A DNA stretch of 64,000 bases from Eledone cirrhosa (Eukaryota), in NCBI GenBank assembly GCA_964016885.1, contig OZ024744.1, forward strand, positions 58,280,001 through 58,344,000. The letters are read 5' to 3'. The position numbers were made by a program, and so were the translations under genes. The notes under the pieces were generated by a model. It did not search any database, was not told the origin of the DNA, and was given only the letters and a program-made list of their open reading frames with translations. Positions 52,882 to 64,000 of this stretch are shown piece by piece. Positions within the stretch are counted from its first letter, which is position 1. Every line of letters starts with the position of its first letter.

Positions 52882-55800
52882 TCAGGTACCCTCCAATCCT
52901 GAACCACTCGACGCTTCGAGGGCACCCGGGAAGGGCACCCCTCTCCTCCTCACACGGGCCATTCTCATCACATTCATCCACCTTTCAGCAAATGTACTGA
53001 GGAGTAGCACTTCTCTCTCAACCCTCACCTTCCTTTCCAAGTGAAACTTGAAAAGGTTGATGAGGAATTGGCCTAAGAGAAAAGTGTCTGTCTTTAGTCC
53101 TTTCAACCTCGTCCACCATACAACCTCTTTCGCTACTGCCACCAGACAAGAAAATTGCCTGCCCTTCCTGGCCAAAAGAAGACGGCGGGTCATTCTTCAC
53201 TATGGACTCGGCCGATAGCCGGATCCGTTCTACACGCGACAACAGCTGTTCGACATAACTCCACAAGTCAATAATGCACGGACACTGGACGAGTGCGTGC
53301 AGAACGGTTTTGTCGCTCTGCGTGCATCTCGGGCAGGTCCGTCTCACAGCACTTCCGTGCCTGTAGAGTTTATCTCGAACCAGCAGTCCCCCCCCCCCCC
53401 CCCCGCCGGTAGCACTGCCAAGCGAGGGTTTTTTTTGGAAGTTATCCATCGTTCGCGGCTCGAAAGTCCTCCGGAAAAGACTGGTCAGTTCGACTTCGTC
53501 GACGCCCAGAGCTTCACCACTAATCCTCTATAGAACTCGAGAGCGGAAGTTGCACTGACCGCCTTGCCCAGCTAGTAGAGGGCAGTGAGTGCCTGGCATC
53601 ATTCCAGATGCCAGTCACCCAGTCTCGGTCTCTTCTTGACCCAGGACTGCAGCTCAGTCAAAGACACGAGCTGCGGAAAGGCCCGTCTGACAAATGGCGA
53701 CCACACAATTTCACCGTTTAGGCAGAATATCTGGAGATGCCGCAGCTCAGCGCATCATTAGCCACGGCATGCCCAGCCCTCTGAGTAGAAGGTTCTGGCA
53801 GCAGATGGACCGTCTATCAAGCGCCCAACGACGCTGTTTGACGGCATGGACTTGCCTCTCCAGGTGCCGAGCTGCAAGCCCACCTACTTTACCGGGCTGA
53901 GTTTCGCTCCCGCCAACCTTTAATATTCCTCCAATAAGTTGCCGACCACCTCGATTTCCGAGGTATCCGACACCATCACGGTGATGTCGTCCGTATAAGC
54001 CGACACAGCTTCTCCGCGTCCCGGTTCGAGCGGGATGCACTGCAACAGCTCCAGCTTCCGCAGTAAAGGTTCGAGAGTCAATAATTACAGAAGGGAGGAG
54101 AGAGGGCACCCTTGACGGACCGATCAGGAGATCTGAAACGGTTCCGAGAGGTGGCCATTAAATTTGACCACCGAGCAAATGCCGCTGTGCAGTGCAGCGA
54201 TCCAGCTTCTGAAGATGGGGCCGAAGCCAGCCGCCTTGAGGACAGCCTCCAGGTATCGATGGTCGACCCTATCGAATGCTTTCGATTGATCTAAATTGAT
54301 CAGAGCCCCACCGAAGCTAGGCTTATATCCTACCCTCTCTACTATGTATCGCATGAGGTGGAGGTTGTCGTGTATGGACCTGGTCGGGATTGCGCAAGTT
54401 TGCGCCTCCCCAACCAAATCCTCGATGACAAGTGCCAATCTTTTCGCTAACACCTTGGCCAAAGTCTTGAACTCTGTGTTGAGCAGAGTTATGGGCCTGA
54501 AGTTATGTAATGTGTCCTTCTTGTTCTCGTCTTTCCTTATCAGCGTCACTACGCCCCGACTCACAGAACTGGGACTATTTCCGTTCTTCTGCCAGTTGCA
54601 GTAGAGCTCTTCGGGGAGCTCGTAGGGAAGACCATCCAAACCGGGTGACTTGCGCCTCGTGCAGCCAACAAGGGCATCCTGAATTTCGGCTGAAGTTATA
54701 GGCCTTTCGCAGCGCTCAACGTCAGCTGTCGAGAGTTGCAGCAAACCGTCAAGGAAGGGACTGAAGTCCGCCACCGTCTCTGACCCGCCAATTCCCCCGA
54801 ACAACCGAAAGGCCTCATACATTCCCCGAAATGTCTCACACATCCGCCTGGAATCGCTCAGTTCGTATCCGTCTTTGTCCCTGAAAGACCAAATTGTGGT
54901 TTTATTACCACGCTGCGCCTCTGCCACGTGGGCCCATCGAACAGCTTTGGTTCCCTCGTTTCTCCGAGCACGCGCCTTAGCTCTGACAATGCAACCTTCG
55001 TGTTTCGATTTGAAGAAATGGTCTAATGCCATTCTCGCCACTCGTCTGTTGCAATGCCACTACAAATAGCTTCGTCTAACTTAGCTGCCAGCTCCCCGTC
55101 TTTCTATTTTTCTCTAACGCTATTTCTTTGCTAAACCCTATCGAAGTTACTCTAATCTCTTTTTTGAGAGCCATCCAGCATTTGTTGTTGACGCCCCCCC
55201 CCCCTTTCCTGTCAACTTTTGCCTAACTAAATTGTTGACCCGGTCCCTGTAAGCCTTACGTACCGGAAACGACATGTTCAGCTTCCAGTAACCAGGTCCT
55301 AACCTATGCGTCTTATCTAGGTCGACGATACAGATCACAAAATTGTGATGTGAATAGGCGAGCGTTTTAAAACGTGGACAGCCTATACTATTTTTATATA
55401 TTTTCCTAATGAATATCCTGTCTATATACGATCTAGATGACCCTATGCGGTTGGTCCAGGACCACACTGGTACATTAAAGAAATCTAGTCGGTATCTGTC
55501 TGACAGTTGGAACTGGCTGATCAAGTACTTAAGGCTTTTGCACCCCCCGCTCCTATCGGCTAATCCCACACAATCCCAGCATGCGTCTAAGATGCCGTTC
55601 CAGTCCCCCGCTAACAGTAAAGGGCAAGACGTACCCAGAAAGGCTTCCAGGCGTCTAAAGAAGTCCGGCCGTCCGACCCCGGTAGGGGGTAGGCGGCCAC
55701 CAATCTAAAGGCACCACCTTCGCTATTGTTCACGTCCAAAACCACCAACTTACCGCCCTGGTCTCGGAAGATCAACCTTACCTCGAGATCCAGGCCTTTT

Positions 55801-56005
55801 CTAAACAGCACTGCCACCCCACTTCTCATTCCTGGCCGACTAACAGATGCGAAGATCTGATAGTCGTCGAAAATGGTGTCTAGTGCACGCCTATCGGAAA
55901 TTCTGGTCTCACTGACGGCAATTACGTCCATTTCTAGAGACCTGAGGTCGTTGAGCAGGTGACCCTGCCTCGAACATTTAAATTTCCTACTCTTAATATG
56001 GCCAT
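52882..56005 (-). pseudogene. Tx1-type ORF2 (APE endonuclease + reverse transcriptase), frameshifted and partly deleted
   Basis: MAILRVGNLNVRG, DVIAVSET, GDWN, YIDRIFI, KSPGLDGLPYE, NFRPITLLNTEFK, DQSKAFDRVDH, RQGCPLS, AYTDDIT, CPRC..HALVQC. Confidence 0.9.
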
Positions 56006-56036
56006 GTTGGCAGGCTAAAAGAGAGGAAATGTTTAC

Positions 56037-57425
56037 TTAACTCCAGGGGTCTTGTGAAGGTCGTATGGTTCGACTTCCATAGTTGGTAGAGTTTCTTTTG
56101 GGAACACCCTTAAAAGTCTGGATCTGGGTTTTACGTTCGGGGTCCACGTCCCGAGGAAAGCTGTCTCGAATTCCTTTGTAGGAATCGAGTGATATTCGCA
56201 CCAGAAACAAATCTTTTGGCACGCGAAATGTGCTCGATTTAAAAATCTCCCCCTCTGTTTGGATTTCTTTACTTCGTGCTATGAAGGTCATCAATTCCTT
56301 GTTGGCCTTTCTGACAAGCACGAAGTTTTGTATGTTTTGTTGATGTGATTTTATTTGTTTACGTGACTGTGGTGGTGGTGTTGTTTCGGTTGTGTCTGTG
56401 TTTGTTGTGAGTGCGGTGTCTGTGGTTTCAGATGTTTGTGTGTGTATTTGTTCTTGCGTCTATTTAGGTTGTTTACGTTTAGGGGATTCTGGTGTTGGTG
56501 ATGGTGTTGGTGTGTTGATGTTGGTGATGCTGGGGAGATGTTTGCGTGGGTGGTGCCTGCTGGAGTTTTTTTCTTGTGTTTTCTGTTTTGTATTTGGGCG
56601 GATTTTGGTTTTCCCTCATGTTCACTACTGGAAAATGAGGGTCTGTGTCTGTAAGTATGCCTGTGTTTATGTTTTTATGTACGTGTGTATTGGGGGGGGG
56701 GGGATTTGAACAGCTTTCCTCGTTTCTCCCCTGGGTGGTCAATGCTGGTGGTGTTTCCATTGGTGTTGTTGCTGTGATTTTGCCGGTGCTGGTGTTGATG
56801 GTAGTCCTCGCCCGACGTCGGCAACAGTGGAGCCTTTCGACCCCTTGCACCTTTCAGAAGTTGCGAGCAGAAGACTCGCAAATGGGTTGTTTCTCCGCAA
56901 ACGAAACAATACGGCCTTTTTCCCCCAGTCGTTATATGTACCCCGTTCTGGAGTCGGATGTGGTCCAGGATTGTTTTTACATTCTCGGACCTGGTCTGGA
57001 GAAGTATCTCCAGGGCAACCCCAGACCAGTCCTCCCTAGTAGTCCTTGTGACCTCTATCGGGACTGTATCCGTCCTCTCAACAATCACATCCCAGGAGCC
57101 ACAACATGTCAAGTCTGGTGGAATCCTGGGAACCCGGAGACGAGCTGTTCGTTTTCCCATGTGGAAGGGGTACATTAGCACCTTGCTGGTTTTGACGGGG
57201 TCATTGGATGTTTCATAGCGAGGCCGTATCTTCTTCCCATCGCTATGTACTCGGTGTCATCCTTGATGCACCTGAACTTCCAGGCCTGGGCCAACATTTC
57301 ACCTTTATTCGCGAGGTCTATGCTCAAGCATGGCCTCTTGCTCGCTGCTGCCGCAGCGAAAGTGTTCTTGTTGGTAATGTTCTTAATGCTGTTGGTGGTG
57401 TTGGTGTTGGTATTGGTGTTGGTGT

Positions 57426-57459
<34 letters not shown>

Positions 57460-57740
57460 GTCGTTGTTGTTGTTGTCATTGTTGGTGTTGTTGCTGCTGT
57501 CGTTGTTGCTGGTGTTATTGGTGTTGTCATTTTTCTTAATATTTGTATTTTCGATGTTGTGGTCGTTGTTGTTGGTGTTCTCATTATTGTTGGTGTAGTT
57601 GTTATTGTTTGTGTTGCTGTTGGCGATACTGCCTAATGTGGTGTTGATGTTCATATTTGCTGTGGGAGGGACAGCGTTATTCGCCTCAACGTTTAAACTG
57701 CTGTCAGACGAAGTAGGGGGGGGGGGGCTGTCTCCGCCAT
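56037..57740 (-). pseudogene. Tx1-type ORF1 (gag-like), frameshifted
   Basis: ATG at 57740, Asn/Thr-rich N-terminus, NTFAAAAASKR motif, CFVCGETTHLRVFC zinc knuckle, stop at 56037 just upstream of ORF2. Confidence 0.75.
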
Positions 57741-57952
57741 TTTTCTTTTTTTTTCAAAAAAATTATATTTTGTTTTAAACCTAGTTCAAATATTTAGGCC
57801 AAAAGGCCCAAATATTGTAGTTTCCCCTTTCACGGGGCAAAGTCCAATAGCTTATGTGCCTTTCACGAGAACAAACATTTACAAAAAATGATTTATGACA
57901 AGTAAAGAGACTTACGGAAGCGAGCAAATGACGTCTGATCACACCAATAACC

Positions 57953-57989
<37 letters not shown>

Positions 57990-57991
<2 letters not shown>

Positions 57992-58085
57992 TGTTTCTAC
58001 GTTAGACACAAGGCCAGCAATTATCCAGTGTATTACTGGTACTTTATTTTATCGACCCCGTAAGGCTGAAAGGCAAAGTTAACCT
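57990..58085 (-). mobile_element. 5'-truncated family A SINE between LINE copies 1 and 2
   Basis: The reverse complement matches 11975-12066; it is flanked by (TAA)n on both sides. Confidence 0.8.
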
Positions 58086-58112
58086 TAATAATAATAATAA
58101 TAATAATAATAA

Positions 58113-59986
58113 GACGGGGCCGAAGCCAGCCGCCTTGAGGACAACCTCCAGATACCAATGGTCGACCCTATCGAATGCTTTCGATTGATCTAAATTGATC
58201 AGAGCCCCACCGAAGCCAGGTTTACACCCTACTCTCTCTATGATGTATCGCATTAGGTGCAGGTTGTCGTCTATGGACCTGGTTGGGATTGCGCAAGTTT
58301 GCGCCTCCCCAACCAAATCCCCTACGACAAGCGCCAACCTCTTCGCTAACACCCTGGCCAAAATCTTAAACTCTGTGTTGAGCAGAGTTATGGGCCTGAA
58401 ATTGTCTAATGTGTCCCTCTTGTTCTCGTCTTTCCTTATCAGCGTCACTACGCCCCGGCTCACAGAACTGGGAATACTCCCGTTTTGCTGCCAGTTGCAG
58501 TATGTTTATTTATTTATGTATATTTTTTTTTTGGGGGGGGGGGGGGGGGGGAATTTGACAGCTTTCCTCGTTTCCCCCCTGGGTGGTCAATATTGGTGGT
58601 GGTCTTTCTATTGGTGTTGTTGTTGGTGGTTTTACCGGTGCTGGTGTTGGTTGTGGTCCTCGCCCTGGCGTCGGCAGCAGTAGAGCCTTTCGATCCCTCG
58701 CCTCTTTCAGCAGTTGAGGGCAGAAGGCTCGCAAATGGGTTTTTTCCTCACAAGCAAAACACTGCGGCTTTTGCCTTCGGTCGTAATGTGAATGACCATC
58801 CCATTCTGAAGGCGGATGTGGTCCGGGATTGTCTTCACATTCTCGGGCCTGATCTGGAGAAGGATCTCCAGGTCAACCCCAGACTAGTCCTCTCTGGCCG
58901 TTCTGGTCACTTCTATCGGGACCGTATCCGTCCCCTCCATAATCACACATCCCAGAAGCCACCACATGTCAAGTCCTGGTGGGATTCTGGGAATGCGGAG
59001 ACGGGCCGTTCTTTTTCCCATGTGGGAGGGGTACATTATGACCTTGCTGGTTTTGCAAGGAGTCATAGCGAGGGCTTCTGACTCGAACAACACCGAAATG
59101 GTGCCGTACTGTCTGCCCCTCTCTATGTATTCGGTGTCTTCTCTGATGCACCTCATCGCGACTTCGACATCTGCTTGTGGGATTAAAGCTGCCCTTTTGG
59201 TTTGTGCTGAGATGCATCTATAATGCACCGTCTGCGCTCCACTGCCTCAATAACTTCTACCGGGACAGTTAAGTTGGCCCAGGTTTGCTCTTGCTTGATG
59301 AGCTTCCATGCCTGGGCCAACTTTTCATCTTTGTTTGAGAGGTCCATGTTGAAGCATGGCCTCTTTTTTGCTGCTGCCGCAGCGAAAGTGTTCTTCTTGT
59401 TTTTGTTGGGGGTGTTGTTGTTGTTGTCGTTGTCGTTGTTCTTGTTGGTGTTGTTGTTATCACTGTCGCTGTTATCATTGTTGTCTTTGTTGCCACCGTT
59501 GTTCTCGGTGCAGTTGGTATTGTTGCTGTTGGTGTTGTCGCTATTTGTTTTCATGTTAGTGGTGTTGATATTGTTGTTGCATTTGTCATTTTTTTTTGTT
59601 ATCTGTATTTTCGTTGTCGCTGTTACTGTCATTTTTTTCAAAATTAGAATTCTCATTGGTGTCTTTGTTTACATTGTTTGTGGTGGTGTTTGTGTTATCA
59701 ATTTGTGTTAATTTCGCTGTAGCGCTCCTCTCAACTTCTACGTCGTTGTCGCACGACAGCAGACATATCGCTGAGGGGCGTGGCTCAGCCATGTTTTTTT
59801 TTTTTTTTCCTCCGTAAATTTTTAAAATGTAAAAAAAGTTCAAATATTTGGGCCAAAAGGCCATTCACAGGGCAAAGTCTAAGGGCTTATATCCCTTACA
59901 CAACAAGAAATATTTAACAACAAATAATTTTAACAGGCAAATAAAGCGACTTACTGGGAGCGAGCAAAATACGTCCGATTAGACCA
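58113..59986 (-). mobile_element. Tx1-type LINE copy 2: 5' UTR + ORF1 fused by internal deletion to an RT fragment
   Basis: 5' UTR and ORF1 are colinear with copy 1 (ATG at 59792, NTFAAAAAKKR); 58113-58500 closely matches the copy 1 RT segment 54215-54602. Confidence 0.88.
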
Positions 59987-60009
59987 ATAATAATAATAAT
60001 AATAATAAT

Positions 60010-60611
60010 GGTTTCTTTATTGGCAACAAGGGCTAACATGAAGAAAAACATTACAGACGGCACAGAACGGTACAGGACGATACAAAGTGGGTTTTGGCCA
60101 TGTAAAAAAGGTTATAACAAGATAGAAATATCAAAAAAATTCAAACAACAAAAAATTCCCCAATAGGGGAGAAACTTCCGAGGGTCACTCGTGGCGAAAA
60201 CCACACAAAAGACCACGGCCACCCTGACCACCAGGGCAAGCGCCCTCTCTCAGTTTTCCCACTCCTCAGTAAACAGGCATGCGCCTGTTTACTGAGCGGG
60301 TCCGTTCACTCGGACCAGACTCGCTACATTCACCCACCTTTCAACAAACTTACTAGAAGACAGCACTTGCCTCTCCACCCTGATTTTCCTCTTCAAGTGA
60401 AACTTGAAAAAGTTAATCAGGGATTCGCCGAAAAGGAAAGTCTCTGTCTTTAACCCTTTCAACCTTGTCCGCCACACAATCTCTTTCGCCATGGCCACCA
60501 GGCAGATGAAAACCGCCTGCCCTTCCTCCTCTTTAAAGGGGGATGGCGGGGCTATCTGCACAATGGACTCAGTCGATAATCGGATCCGTCCTACACGCGA
60601 CAGCAGCTGTT
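60010..60611 (-). mobile_element. Tx1-type LINE copy 3, 3' end
   Basis: QLLSRVGRIRLS..LINFFKFHLKRKIRVER is homologous to the copy 1 ORF2 C-terminus; AATAAA then an (ATT)n tail at about 59987-60009. Confidence 0.85.
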
Positions 60612-63187
60612 TTTCTTTTTCGTTTTTTTTTTTTTTTTTTTTTTTTTTTGTGACAACCGGAGCTGTAAGACCCGCCATACATCTCCGGAAGTTACTTCTC
60701 ATAGTGGGTGATGTCGAGTCGAACCCTGGCCCATCCTGCGCGGGATGTTCCAGGATGATCTGACAAGACTTCGTGCCCATTTCCGGCTCGACTTGCCGAC
60801 ATATCTTCCATAGGATCTGCAGCGGTCTGACTCGAATACAGAAAAAGAGTCCTCAAGGCTTCGTGTGTGGCTTCAGTCGGGGGAATAATGTCGTGCCTAC
60901 CATCCGTCCTGCAGCGATCTCCATTCGCCGATGACAAATCTGCCATGCGAGAATTCGTCAGACAACACCCCACTCTTTTGCTCTACATGTCCTAACACTG
61001 CCCATAAACGGTGTACGGGCTTTTCGAGGTATATACTAAACCCCTCTTGGCAATGTTCATCTTGTACAAATACATCTCCCCCCCCCCCCTCACACACTAA
61101 CATACCAACCAACACCACACTTACAGACACAACACCTGCACAAACACAACTAGACTGTACAAATCCCACCCACACACAACCACACATTTTACAGACTACA
61201 TACCGAACAGCTCTCCCAGCAAAACAGTGACGCACTTTTAAATACCCATGTACATACAACCCTATTAGACCGCCCCCCTCACCTCCAAACACAAACATTG
61301 CCATCTCCCATGTACATAATACCCAAACCCAATCCGCGACGTTAGCCATTTCCAACACTATCGGTCAAGTCCCCACCCTTACCCATGTAAATAAATCCTG
61401 TCCTACCTGTACAAAAACCCTTAGACACCCTAAAACCCCCCTAATATGTAAATATTGTAGCCGCGCCTTCCACCTCAAATGTGCGCCAGAGACAAGATCA
61501 ACGCTCGACCGTCTTCGCCAACTAAGTGAATGGATTTGTGTCACATGTCAACAAAATTCCCTAGCTCGACCTCCTACTACTGTCCCACAGCCTTTAAACC
61601 GATCTAAACCACCGAGAAATACCATTCGTCAACTACAGATTCTTCAATGAAATGCAGACTTCCTACCGACCAAGATTACAGAATTGAAGCAGTTCATCAC
61701 CTCCCAGTGTTGATTCAAGAAACGAAACTTGGACTAGAAGACCCGACACCGCATATAAATGGTTATGACTCCCTCAGACAAGATCGACCGGGTAGCGGCA
61801 CAAAATACCATAGAGGTGGTGGCCTGCTGATCTATATACGCCAAGGTATCCAATATACCGCTGGAAGAAGGCGGATCTTCGTCAAATCTACACTGTTGTA
61901 CAACGAAGCATCGCAGAATATGCGGCCCCTGCGTGGACACCCTGGTTGTCTGCCACCAACATCGGCAAGCTCCAAAGAGTACAACTAGACGTGGCCCGAG
62001 CCATCACTGGCCAAGTCAGAACCACGCCGACCGACACTGTGCTAGCAGAATCCCAGTTACCTACGCTCTCTTCCAGATTCTCAACATTTGCACTGCTTAA
62101 AGCTGATCACTGGGCAAACCTACCAAAGACGGACGAACGGCACAAAGTTTTTAATACCAGCTGCCCAAAAAGGCTAAAAAAGACAGACTGGAGAGGCACC
62201 TAATCCCAGGACCTGGCCCGACTACATCTTATCCCCCCGACACCCCTACCCAAAGACCCAGAACCTCCCTCATACATGTAATCTACACCAATACCTCAAA
62301 GTCCCAAAACGCAAACCAACAACTGACGTCAGCCTGAGACACCATATCAACCCTCGCCCAGTCAGATGTTCAAATCTACACCGATGGGTCTACAAAAGAA
62401 GGTACTACCGATGGCGGAGCTGCTAGTATGGTCATTATGAAAGATGGTGAGGTCGTCCAGGAGTGGCGTACAGCAACAGGCGCTAGAACTAGCTCCTTTC
62501 ACTTAGAAAAAGCTACGCTTAGAGAAGCCATCCACTGGTTACAAACCAATGACGCAAAATGGACTTCGGCGACCATCATCTGCGACTGTAAATCTCTAGT
62601 TGAGGCAATCGACAACTCTGCCCCCAAAGATCCCACTATAACAGAACTCCAGGCAGCAGTTAACCTCGGAGAAGACAAAAACCTAACTGTTGTATGGGTC
62701 CCTGGTCACTGTAATCTACAAGGGAATGAACTAGCAGACAAACTCGCAAAGCAGGGCTCCTCACTTCCACAACCTAACACCCCTGCTGACCATGCCACGA
62801 GACAAGCTCTCATCAAAAGGGAGTGTAGACCAGCACCCTTCACCCACGAGAGAACTATCCAAACCTTCAGCAAACCGCCGGACGAGAGAGTCGAAAACGC
62901 TATAGACAAGGCTGATCTCACCCACCTTATCCGCTTCAGAAGTGGGCACCATCCAGCACTTGGCAGGTGGCAGCTACTGACTGACAAATGTGAAGACAGC
63001 CCTTGCAGACTCTGCGGTGAAGAGGAGGAGGAATCTGAACACTTCTGGCTACGATGCCCTGCATTGGCGATCGAGAGATACCAACACCAACTTGGCACAT
63101 TCTTAGAGGACTTAGTTCGTCTCCCAGTCGCATCTCTAGCGCTTCTGAGGAGGATCTTCAGGCGCCTGAGGTGAATCAACAACAACA
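60612..63187 (+). mobile_element. Ingi/I-group non-LTR retrotransposon, internally deleted (2A peptide, PHD fingers, APE remnant, RNase H, C-terminal Cys motif)
   Basis: GDVESNPGP; three C4HC3-like fingers; LIQETKL..DR..GGGLLIYIR (APE); EYAAPAW..KLQRVQ..ARAITG; RNase H; CRLC..HFWLRC; (CAA)n tail; 12-bp TSD ACAGCAGCTGTT at 60600-60611 and 63188-63199. Confidence 0.85.
62370..63174 (+). pseudogene. RNase H and C-terminal region of the Ingi-like element ORF
   Basis: IYTDGS..HLEKA..ICDCKS..WVPGHCNLQGNELADKLAK retains the four acidic catalytic positions; upstream parts of the ORF are disrupted. Confidence 0.85.
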
Positions 63188-64000
63188 ACAGCAGCTGTTC
63201 GACATAGCTCCACAAGTCAGCAATCCTATGGGCACGTCGGGCGGGACCTGGGTCACTTTGACCCTCACACTTTTCTGCCCGCAGTAGGAGGGCACCAAGA
63301 ATATCTCCTCACTCTTTAGGGTTTCCAAAGCGTGAGACTTCGCCTCTGGGGGGGGGGGGGGGAGTACGTCTACTGTGGCGTATTTTTTGCCTCGGGTGAT
63401 GTGGGTTTTGCGCGCCCAGACGCACCCCAAGGCCTTTTGGATTTGAGCCTCAGTGGCTCTTTCCACCCGATGTGACATTTTGCTTACGGTGCGGTAAGTC
63501 ACCGTGCGCAGCTGCTGGCCTTTGAAGAAATCGGGTGGAGGTTTCAGGGAGACTCTATTTTCGTTTCTTGTCACCATGGCTCTTGCGACTGCCATCTCCT
63601 CCCCCGTGACTAGCACTGTCTTTATATTTCGGTCCACACCTGCGAAAGAAGTGGCCCATTTTTCAGCGGCACCATTATTGCTGCCGCTACGGCTGTTACT
63701 GGTCTTGCTATTGGTGCTGTTGCTGTTGCTACAAACGGTGTTGTTGGTGTTGTTGCTGTTATCACTGTTGTAGTTGGTTGTGTTTTTGGTGCCACCGTTG
63801 TTCTTGTTTTCGGTGAAATTTGTATTGTTGCTGTTGGTGTTGTCGTTGTTTATTTTCTTGTTATTGGTGTTAATATCGTCGTTGCATTTGTTGTCATTTT
63901 TTTCTGTTGTCTGTATTTTGGTTGTCGTTGTTATTGTTGTAGATGGTGTGGTAATGTTTTCAAAATTAGTGTTCTCAGTGTTGTTGTCTTTGTTCACGTT
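63188..64000 (-). mobile_element. Tx1-type LINE copy 3, upstream part (ORF1 joined to the ORF2 tail), running off the window
   Basis: 63188-63224 continues the ORF2 C-terminal sequence interrupted at 60611. Beyond that lies an N-rich ORF1 (..GKKYATVDV..PSYCGQKSVRVKVTQVPPD) homologous to ORF1 of copies 1 and 2. Confidence 0.8.

Larger units (their letters stand above)
52697..57952 (-). mobile_element. Near full-length L1/Tx1-type LINE (copy 1), degenerate
   Basis: 5' UTR, ORF1 with N/T-rich tract and CCHC knuckle, ORF2 with APE, RT and a C-terminal Cys motif, then AATAAA and an (ATT)n tail. Confidence 0.92.

Noticed and set aside
57208-57636. Poly-Val and poly-Leu membrane-protein-like ORFs (also 59223-59711 and 63504-63773)
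   Set aside because: They are antisense readings of the (AAC)n-rich LINE ORF1 tracts.
60612-60680. HDV-like ribozyme at the 5' end of the Ingi-like element
   Set aside because: Only about 30 non-T bases precede the 2A region, and I could not build the nested double pseudoknot.
60289-60780. 163-aa minus-strand ORF as a gene
   Set aside because: It is a chimera across an insertion junction: antisense Ingi sequence, poly-Lys from the T run, then the Tx1 ORF2 tail.

Overview
Eukaryotic, very AT-rich, microsatellite- and retroposon-dense animal DNA, most likely a coleoid cephalopod (Octopus-like). That assignment is inferred from composition, repeat families and the mollusc-type protein, not from a search. 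The one host gene I can support is a + strand, three-KH-domain NOVA/Pasilla splicing regulator. Four coding exons were reconstructed with GT-AG junctions and consistent phases (13806-13946, 14710-14855, 16491-16644, 17433-18598); the first coding exon was not found in the window. Downstream lies about 22 kb of mostly unique AT-rich sequence, possibly a very long 3' UTR, then a TE-rich block (42-64 kb). That block holds RTE LINE fragments, a non-autonomous Helitron, a head-to-tail array of three L1/Tx1-type LINEs joined at (ATT)n repeats, and a nested Ingi-like element (2A peptide, three PHD fingers, APE remnant, RNase H, 12-bp TSD). Best leads: (1) a candidate 72-nt frame-preserving cassette exon at the position of the autoregulated vertebrate NOVA1 exon 4; (2) an apparently (ATT)n-targeting Tx1-like LINE whose 3' tail is shared with an abundant tRNA-derived SINE; (3) the 2A-bearing Ingi-like element; (4) YCAY clusters and other candidate autoregulatory splice features of Nova. 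Most entries in the ORF track are artefacts of simple repeats.
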